From contig DAHWUP010000001.1 of NCBI GenBank assembly GCA_027334565.1, positions 94,726 to 158,725 of the forward strand: a DNA stretch of 64,000 nt. The letters are read 5' to 3'. Each line of letters starts with the position of its first letter. Positions within the stretch are counted from its first letter, which is position 1. The notes under the pieces were generated by a model, which was not told the DNA's origin, ran no database searches, and was given only the letters and a program-made list of their open reading frames with translations. The stretch is from Candidatus Levyibacteriota bacterium. GTDB taxonomy: Bacteria > Patescibacteriota > Microgenomatia > Levybacterales > UBA12049. Position numbers and translations under genes: made by a program. This document shows positions 57,303-64,000 of this stretch, piece by piece.

Positions 57303-58745
57303 ATGAAGCCGTTTTTTCCGCTTAAAAAATTCAAAATAAAATCCAAAACAAAAATACAACTTCTACTGATATTAAAAATGTCTTTTTGGTTTCTTACGGG
57401 TGCTATCCTTACTTTCGCTTTTGTAACCTTTTTCGGTTTCTTTGTTTATGAAAAACTCTTTGACGGGAAAGTGTTCTTGGGTATTTCAGTCAATAATGTC
57501 GATTTCTCGGGAAAAACAAATAGCCAGGTCAAACAATATTTTTCCGATGAAAATTATAGTATTGCAAATGTAAAATTCACACTGACAAGCGACTACGGCA
57601 TCGCTACCGTATCGGCGAAAGAGATCGGTTTTGGATTTGACGAAAATCTTCCTGCGGAACAGGCTTATTCGATCGGACGTTCCGGTAATTTTATAACCGA
57701 TCTGAGTACGCTGCTTCAGGCATATTTTAACGGAGTAAATCTTCCCGCCATCTACACTTTAAATCGGAATGAATTGGCCGCCTCGGTCAAACCGCTTTCC
57801 AACAAAATCAAACAACAACCCGTCAATGCCGTTTTCAAATTCGAAAACGGCAGGGTCACCACATTTCTTCCCTCAAGTAACGGACGCGAAATAAATATGG
57901 ATCGGCTTGAAAACGCAATAATTTTACAAGCACCAAAGATTTTTAAATCAAATGGGAAGAATATAATCACTATCCAAATTCCGATCACTATTCTAAAACC
58001 TGCGATATCTACGGAGAAAGCTAATTCCTTGGGAATAAAAGAATTGATCGGAGAAGGCCACTCTCTTTTTTACGACTCTATCACTTCAAGGATTTATAAC
58101 ATAAATCTTGCCGCCTCAAGACTCAACGGTATTCTGGTTGCTCCGGGAGAGACATTCTCTTTCGACAAGGCTTTAGGCGACGTTTCGGCCTTTACCGGCT
58201 ACCAACAGGCATATATCATTCAGAACGGGAAAACCGTCTTGGGCGACGGGGGTGGCGTCTGTCAAGTGTCGACAACTTTCTTTAGGGCTCTGTTAAACGC
58301 AGGGCTTCCTATTGTCGAAAGGCACGCACACGCCTACCGGGTGGGTTACTACGAGGAGGATTCTCCGCCGGGGTTCGATGCTACAATTTATGTTCCAACC
58401 GTTGATTTAAAATTTACCAACGATACCGGAAACTATATACTTATTCAAAGCACCGTGGATCTGAACAATGATTCACTTTCTTTTTATCTTTACGGAACAA
58501 GTGACGGCAGAACCGTTACGATCTCGAAACCGGTTATTTCAAACCAGAAACCTCCACCCCCACCTTTGTATCAAAATGATCCCACGCTACCCAATGGTGA
58601 GGTGAAACAAACAGATTTCGCCGCCTGGGGCGCCGATGTGTATTTTACGCGGAATGTGACCAAAAACGGAAAAACTGTCATTTATGATAAATTCGTATCT
58701 GACTATCAACCTTGGCAGGCGGTTTATCTTGTCGGCACCAAATAA
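57303..58745 (+). CDS. VanW-domain protein
   Basis: VanW core (PGETFSFDKALGDVSAFTGYQQAYII...GGGVCQVSTTFFRA). Confidence 0.75.
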   Translation: MKPFFPLKKFKIKSKTKIQLLLILKMSFWFLTGAILTFAFVTFFGFFVYEKLFDGKVFLGISVNNVDFSGKTNSQVKQYFSDENYSIANVKFTLTSDYGIATVSAKEIGFGFDENLPAEQAYSIGRSGNFITDLSTLLQAYFNGVNLPAIYTLNRNELAASVKPLSNKIKQQPVNAVFKFENGRVTTFLPSSNGREINMDRLENAIILQAPKIFKSNGKNIITIQIPITILKPAISTEKANSLGIKELIGEGHSLFYDSITSRIYNINLAASRLNGILVAPGETFSFDKALGDVSAFTGYQQAYIIQNGKTVLGDGGGVCQVSTTFFRALLNAGLPIVERHAHAYRVGYYEEDSPPGFDATIYVPTVDLKFTNDTGNYILIQSTVDLNNDSLSFYLYGTSDGRTVTISKPVISNQKPPPPPLYQNDPTLPNGEVKQTDFAAWGADVYFTRNVTKNGKTVIYDKFVSDYQPWQAVYLVGTK

Positions 58746-58751
58746 TTTGAT

Positions 58752-59237
58752 ATGGATAAAATCATTGATTTATCAAGAGCCATAAAATTATCACAAAAAT
58801 TGAAAAAGGAACATAAGACTTTGGTAATAACCGGAGGATGTTTTGACATTCTTCATGTCGGTCATATCAGATTTTTACGCGAATCAAAAAAACAAGGAGA
58901 CTTCTTACTGGTTTTGATCGAAAATGACAGGTCGGTCAAAAAACTGAAAGGCAAAAACCGACCCATAAACACGCAGCATGAAAGGGCCGAGGTTTTGGCA
59001 GCATTATCAAGCGTAGATTACATCTTGATACTTCCGTCAATGAAGAATAATAATGATTATGACATGCTGATAAAAAAAATAAACCCGAATATCATCACTA
59101 CAACCAAGGGGGATCCCCAGGCCGTACACATCGAACGACAGGCTAAGATGATCGGAGCCAAAGTTTCGTATGTAATTGGAAGAATAGAAAATAAATCGAC
59201 GACGAATCTGGCAAGAATAATTTCAAAAAATTTCTAA
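58752..59237 (+). CDS. cytidylyltransferase-like nucleotidyltransferase (TagD/RfaE-domain-II family)
   Basis: LVITGGCFDILHVGHIRFL HxGH motif. Confidence 0.65.
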   Translation: MDKIIDLSRAIKLSQKLKKEHKTLVITGGCFDILHVGHIRFLRESKKQGDFLLVLIENDRSVKKLKGKNRPINTQHERAEVLAALSSVDYILILPSMKNNNDYDMLIKKINPNIITTTKGDPQAVHIERQAKMIGAKVSYVIGRIENKSTTNLARIISKNF

Positions 59238-59683
59238 TGAATAGGATTGTAATTTTTATACTGTTATTTTTAATTTTCGCCTGTACCTTATTGGCTATCT
59301 TTTTACAACCGGCAAATAAACCGTATGTCAAAGTCGACGGAAAAGAATTCTTTGTGGATGTGGCAAAAACGGACAAACAAAAAGAGCTGGGACTGGATAT
59401 TTACAATCAATTACCGGTCAGAAGAGGAATGCTCTTCCCCTTTACTACTCCTAATTATTACACTTTCTGGATGAAGGGAATGAAATTTCCGATCGATATC
59501 ATCTATATAAACAATAATAAAATAGTTGATATATTTGAAAACTTGCCATATCCTAAGACAAGTAGTGAAACACCGGCTATAGTCAGACCGTCGGAAGTGG
59601 CAAATTATGTCCTCGAAATAAATGCAGGCCTGTCGCAAAAATATAATTTTAAAAACGGAGATTTGGTACAAATCCATCTATGA
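59237..59683 (+). CDS. DUF192 (COG1430) domain protein
   Basis: Signal peptide plus a conserved LPVRRGMLF...MKGMKFPIDIIYI core. Confidence 0.6.
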   Translation: MNRIVIFILLFLIFACTLLAIFLQPANKPYVKVDGKEFFVDVAKTDKQKELGLDIYNQLPVRRGMLFPFTTPNYYTFWMKGMKFPIDIIYINNNKIVDIFENLPYPKTSSETPAIVRPSEVANYVLEINAGLSQKYNFKNGDLVQIHL

Positions 59684-60714
59684 CAATTTTAGGTATTGAA
59701 ACCAGCTGTGACGAAACCTCCGCAGCGATTGTTAAAGCCCAAAACAACGATAAAAATGTCACTTTGTGTTCAAATGTCGTTGCTACCTCTCTTTCGCTGC
59801 ACGCCAAAACAGGCGGCATAATTCCCGAAGTTGCCGCCCGCGAGCAGGTAAAATTCATCATTCCCGTAATCAAGGAAGCATTAAACGGTATTAAAAATCC
59901 GGAACAGGATATCGACGCTATCGCCGTTACCATCGGCCCGGGGCTGATAGGTTCGCTTTTGGTAGGGGTGGAAACGGCTCGCACGTTTTCCTATGTTTGG
60001 AAAAAGACCTTAATCCCGGTAAACCATCTTTTCGGACACATCTACGCGAATTTCATCGAAGAACGTGCGGAACTCGGAACAAAGGATATCGAGTTCCCCG
60101 CCGTTTCATTGATCGTCTCCGGAGGCCATACGGACTTGGTTCTAATGAAAAATCACCGTAGTATCAAATGGCTAGGCGGAACAAGGGATGATGCGGCGGG
60201 AGAAGCCTTCGATAAAACCGGTAGACTTTTGGGCCTTCAATACCCTGCGGGTCCCGAAATTGAAAAACTGGCCGGAAGGGTTAAAAGGGATAACTACCGT
60301 TTCCCCAGGCCGGTAATCGACTCCGGCGATTTTGATTTCTCGTTTTCAGGCCTAAAGACAGCCGTTCTAAGAGAAGTTCAGAAAATGAAAAACAGGGACG
60401 AACAAACAATATCCGAAATTTGTTTTTCTCTACAAGAAGCGGTAATAGATGTTTTAGTTAAAAAAACACTTGATGCTGCAAATAAGTACAAGGTCAAATC
60501 TATACTTTTGGGAGGTGGCGTAGCGGCAAATTCCGCGCTTCGCGATAGTTTTGAATTGAAACTAAGTATCCTAGGTTCTAAAACCAAGCTTTTCGTCCCG
60601 GACAAAAAACTTTGTACCGACAACGCCGCAATGATCGCAGCGGCCGGATTTTTTAACAGGGAGGAAACCGATTGGAGAAACATTTCCGCCAACCCCGAAC
60701 TGTATTTTGACTAA
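59680..60714 (+). CDS. tsaD: tRNA N6-adenosine threonylcarbamoyltransferase TsaD/Kae1
   Basis: ILGIETSCDETSAAIV, histidine pair (HLFGHIYA), SGGVAAN. Confidence 0.85.
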   Translation: MTILGIETSCDETSAAIVKAQNNDKNVTLCSNVVATSLSLHAKTGGIIPEVAAREQVKFIIPVIKEALNGIKNPEQDIDAIAVTIGPGLIGSLLVGVETARTFSYVWKKTLIPVNHLFGHIYANFIEERAELGTKDIEFPAVSLIVSGGHTDLVLMKNHRSIKWLGGTRDDAAGEAFDKTGRLLGLQYPAGPEIEKLAGRVKRDNYRFPRPVIDSGDFDFSFSGLKTAVLREVQKMKNRDEQTISEICFSLQEAVIDVLVKKTLDAANKYKVKSILLGGGVAANSALRDSFELKLSILGSKTKLFVPDKKLCTDNAAMIAAAGFFNREETDWRNISANPELYFD

Positions 60715-60731
60715 CATGGTAAAATACTAAC

Positions 60732-61706
60732 ATGCAACCAGATCTGCTCATTATAGTAGGAATTATTATTCTCGGTTTCGTTTCCCTCTTTTATTTACTA
60801 AATAAAAAGCTTTCCCGGCAAAAACCCGACGAGGCGCTTATGGAATGGTTAAAATCCATGCAAACAACGATCAACAGCTCCTCCACTCAAACCGTAAAAA
60901 CCCTGCAGGAAAATAGTCGTCAACTGAATGAAAGGCTCGATAATGCGGCACGAGTCATCAAAGACGTTGAAAAAGAAATCGGTGAGATGTCTGAAATCGG
61001 CAGGAATATGAGAGAGCTTCAGGATTTTTTAAAAAGCCCGAAACTCCGCGGCAACATCGGCGAACAGGTATTAAAAGACCTGATAGCGCAAATGTTTCCA
61101 AAGAACAGCTTTCTTTTGCAGTACGAATTTAAATCCGGCGAAAAAGTAGACGCGGCAATCAAAACCGACGCCGGGATATTGCCGATCGACAGTAAATTCC
61201 CGATGGAAAATTATCAAAAAATGGTTAAGGCGAATTCCAAAGAAGAGAAAACCATATTTGAAAAAGAATTTATCAGAGATGTTAAAAGACACATCGATGT
61301 GATCGCCAAAAAATATATCCTTCCTTCGGAAGGAACGATGGATTTTGCCTTGATGTATATTCCGAGCGAAAGCGTATATTACGAAGTGGTCAACGAGAAC
61401 GAGACTCTGGATTACGCCAGACGCCAAAGGGTTTATCTTGTTTCCCCGTCGACTTTATACGCACATCTTCAGACGATCCTCCTGGCTTTTGAGGGTAAAA
61501 AAATTGAAACCAGATCACGGGAGATTTTCGCACTCCTTAGAAGCATCCGGATCGATTACGAAAAAATCGAAGAGAACATGTCCGTCTTGGGAAAACATAT
61601 TAACAATGCCTATTCACAGTTTAGCAATGCTTCCAACTCCGTTTTGACTCTTGGCAAAAAATTAAATACCACCAAACAGCTCGAACAGGATTCAAAACAA
61701 GAATAG
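60732..61706 (+). CDS. rmuC: DNA recombination protein RmuC
   Basis: N-terminal transmembrane segment, coiled coil, then the RmuC nuclease-like C-terminus. Confidence 0.8.
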   Translation: MQPDLLIIVGIIILGFVSLFYLLNKKLSRQKPDEALMEWLKSMQTTINSSSTQTVKTLQENSRQLNERLDNAARVIKDVEKEIGEMSEIGRNMRELQDFLKSPKLRGNIGEQVLKDLIAQMFPKNSFLLQYEFKSGEKVDAAIKTDAGILPIDSKFPMENYQKMVKANSKEEKTIFEKEFIRDVKRHIDVIAKKYILPSEGTMDFALMYIPSESVYYEVVNENETLDYARRQRVYLVSPSTLYAHLQTILLAFEGKKIETRSREIFALLRSIRIDYEKIEENMSVLGKHINNAYSQFSNASNSVLTLGKKLNTTKQLEQDSKQE

Positions 61707-61746
61707 CCTCATTGTTTGCCAAAATCCTTGTGGTACAATACAAAAC

Positions 61747-64000
61747 ATGAAAAGAAAGTTGCAACTTGACGCTTCGCAACTTAGAGCAGTCAATTATAAA
61801 TCCGGACCACTCTTAATAATTGCCGGCGCGGGAACAGGAAAAACAACAGTTATCACCGAAAGGATCAGACACCTGATAGTAGACAAAAAAATCCCGTCTC
61901 AAAATATCTTGGCCCTAACTTTCACCGAAAAGGCGGCATTTGAAATGCAGGAAAGGATCGATGTACTCTTGCCGTACGGTTTTACAAACCTCTGGATTTT
62001 AACTTTCCACTCTTTTTGTGAAAGGGTATTACGCGACGACGCTTATGCCATTGGTCTTGATCCCAACTTTCGGCTTGCAAGCGAATCCGAGTCGGTTTTG
62101 ATGCTAAAAAATCATTTATTCGATTTGGGACTGCATATCTATAAACCGCTGGGAAATCCCACCAAATTCCTGGATGCTTTATTAACGCATTTCTCAAGAT
62201 TAAAAGATGAAGACATTACACCACGGGAATATTTGCTGTTTGCAAAAAAATTGAAAAACAGTGATGAAAAAAAACAATATCTGGAACTAGCCAATGCGTA
62301 CCAGCTTTATGAAAATATTAAGGTTAAAGAATCGGTTATGGATTTTGCAGATCTGATATCCAATACTTTGCTTCTCTTAAGGCAAAGGCGTGACATTTTA
62401 AAAAGATACCGGGAACAATTTAAGTATATTTTGGTTGATGAGTTTCAGGATACGAATTTTGCTCAAAACGAACTGGCAATGCTTTTGGCAGGAAGCCGGA
62501 ATAACATCACTGTTGTCGCCGATGATGACCAATCCATTTACAGATTCAGGGGTGCTGCGGTTTCAAACGTATTGCAGTTTAGAAAAAATTATAAAGACGC
62601 AAAGGTTGTAGTGTTGACCAATAACTATCGTTCGACTCAGACGATCCTTGACAGCGCATATGATTTAATCCAAAACAATAATCCCAACCGACTGGAAGTA
62701 GCGGAAAAAATCAATAAGAAACTAAAAAGTTTTTCGGATACCAAGGGAAATGATATTAAAGTAATCTTTGCTCCAAGAGGCGAAGACGAAGCGGAAGAGA
62801 TCGCATTGGAAATCAAAAGACTTGAAAAAAATTATGAATTTAAAGACATGGCTATTTTGACAAGAGCCAACAACCATTCTCAAAATATAACCTTTTCCCT
62901 GCAAAGACACAGAATACCTTACCAATTTTTAGGACCGGGTTACCTTTTTATGCAGGAAGAGGTCAAAGATTTAGTAGCATATCTTAAGTTCCTCGGTGAC
63001 CTTTCCGATTCCGTCTCGCTATTCAGAGTTCTTTCGATGGAAATATTTAAAATCCCGATGATCGAATTAAACTTTTTGCTAAACTTTGCCAAGAAAAAAA
63101 ATTATTCGCTTTTCGAAAGTCTGTTTGACCTTGATCAAAAATTTTTAACCAAAATAACGATAAACAAACTGGAGAATTTTCGAGAAATGGCAAAAAGACA
63201 CCTTGAACACAGCAGAAAAGAGGGTGCCGGACAAATTCTTTATTATTTTCTGGTCGACTCGGGGCTTTTACAAACTTTTAATGAAATAACTACCTTGAAA
63301 GAAGAAAAGGCCGCGCAAAATATCGCCAAGTTATTCGACAGAATTAAAAGCTTCGAATCGGAAAAATCAGGCAGCACTTTATTTGAAACGATCGAATGGA
63401 TAAACCTGATGCTGGATATCGGTGACAGCCCCAAAGCTGCGGACTTGGATTTAAGAAACGAAAATGCGGTAAGTATTTTGACCGTACATTCCAGTAAGGG
63501 CCTTGAGTTTAAAGTAGTTTTCCTGGCAAATCTGGTCAACGACCGCTTCCCCACCCGTGAAAGACCAGAAAAAATTCCTATTCCAAAAAGCCTGGTCAAA
63601 GAAAGAATTCCCCAAGGTATCGATTTCCATCTGCAGGAAGAGCGAAGACTCTTTTATGTCGGAATGACCAGGGCAAAAGAGCTGCTTTATTTTACCGGTG
63701 CCAAAACATATGCGGAGGGAAAACGCTTGAAAAAACTTTCTCCGTTTGTATACGAAAGTTTACCGAAATTGACGGAAAGTTTGGATGAAAAACAACCGGA
63801 ACAACTTTCATTAATTAAGAATTTAACATCCTATCAAACCCCGGAAGAAAAAAGTGAACCCCTAAAACCGATAAAAGTTGAATATATCACTTACTCAAAT
63901 CTGCAGATGTTTGATATTTGCCCGTTGCATTATAAAGCAAAAGTGATTTTAAATATTCCCACCCCCAAATCATTCGTGCAAAGTTTCGGCATCTCACTCC
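61747..64000 (+). CDS. uvrD: ATP-dependent DNA helicase UvrD/PcrA (3' part runs off the window)
   Basis: MKRKLQLDASQLRAVNYKSGPLLIIAGAGTGKTTVITERI (motifs Q and I), then motifs Ia-VI. It is absent from the ORF track because it has no in-window stop. Confidence 0.8.
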   Translation, partial: MKRKLQLDASQLRAVNYKSGPLLIIAGAGTGKTTVITERIRHLIVDKKIPSQNILALTFTEKAAFEMQERIDVLLPYGFTNLWILTFHSFCERVLRDDAYAIGLDPNFRLASESESVLMLKNHLFDLGLHIYKPLGNPTKFLDALLTHFSRLKDEDITPREYLLFAKKLKNSDEKKQYLELANAYQLYENIKVKESVMDFADLISNTLLLLRQRRDILKRYREQFKYILVDEFQDTNFAQNELAMLLAGSRNNITVVADDDQSIYRFRGAAVSNVLQFRKNYKDAKVVVLTNNYRSTQTILDSAYDLIQNNNPNRLEVAEKINKKLKSFSDTKGNDIKVIFAPRGEDEAEEIALEIKRLEKNYEFKDMAILTRANNHSQNITFSLQRHRIPYQFLGPGYLFMQEEVKDLVAYLKFLGDLSDSVSLFRVLSMEIFKIPMIELNFLLNFAKKKNYSLFESLFDLDQKFLTKITINKLENFREMAKRHLEHSRKEGAGQILYYFLVDSGLLQTFNEITTLKEEKAAQNIAKLFDRIKSFESEKSGSTLFETIEWINLMLDIGDSPKAADLDLRNENAVSILTVHSSKGLEFKVVFLANLVNDRFPTRERPEKIPIPKSLVKERIPQGIDFHLQEERRLFYVGMTRAKELLYFTGAKTYAEGKRLKKLSPFVYESLPKLTESLDEKQPEQLSLIKNLTSYQTPEEKSEPLKPIKVEYITYSNLQMFDICPLHYKAKVILNIPTPKSFVQSFGISL

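Noticed and set aside
1-64000. Mobile elements, integrases, CRISPR-Cas, restriction-modification or toxin-antitoxin systems with recognisable domains
   Set aside because: No transposase or integrase motifs, no regular repeat-spacer arrays, and no methyltransferase or endonuclease signatures found in any frame.

Overview
The window reads as a gene-dense, moderately AT-rich bacterial chromosome segment; most genes are on the minus strand, and I found no rRNA, convincing tRNA, CRISPR array, transposase or integrase. The gene content points to a Candidate Phyla Radiation (Patescibacteria-like) genome, which is an inference from the sequence. Supporting features are an archaeal-type aspartyl-tRNA synthetase, a class I lysyl-tRNA synthetase, an archaeal-type PPAT fused to a DUF359 dephospho-CoA-kinase-like domain, a truncated TsaB, a large type IV pilus operon, and several tightly spaced or apparently leaderless gene starts. 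The main blocks, in coordinate order: (1) aspS, recJ, cca, yqeY and secDF housekeeping genes; (2) a surface-glycan locus spanning 11.2-20.9 kb with a PMT-like GT39 transferase, a DPM-synthase-like GT2 with a GtrA tail, UXS, gmd, an Rmd-like reductase, ugd and rmlDBA; (3) a CAP-domain protein and the t6A genes tsaB, tsaC and tsaE; (4) a Pro/Thr-rich surface protein, a coiled-coil C39-like hydrolase, and ftsX and ftsE; (5) prfB, an Nramp transporter, uppP and an MGMT-like protein; (6) a type IV pilus operon at 33.2-40.7 kb with a major pilin, a PilX-like protein, two pseudopilins, a 662-aa pilin-like giant, pilC and pilB, immediately preceded by a GT-C/TPR membrane glycosyltransferase; (7) hsp20 behind a CIRCE-like operator, tspO, secA with a candidate upstream leader, serS, rdgB, lysK, the PPAT/DPCK fusion, kbl, tdh and greA; (8) a plus-strand operon of vanW, a cytidylyltransferase, a DUF192 protein, tsaD, rmuC and uvrD/pcrA. 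The observations I would look at first are the paired protein O-mannosylation-like module and pilus-adjacent GT-C/TPR transferase, the FtsEX-linked coiled-coil C39-like hydrolase, three candidate cis-regulatory leaders (hsp20 operator, secA poly-Lys uORF and hairpin, and the leader upstream of the lysK operon), and the PPAT-DPCK fusion.
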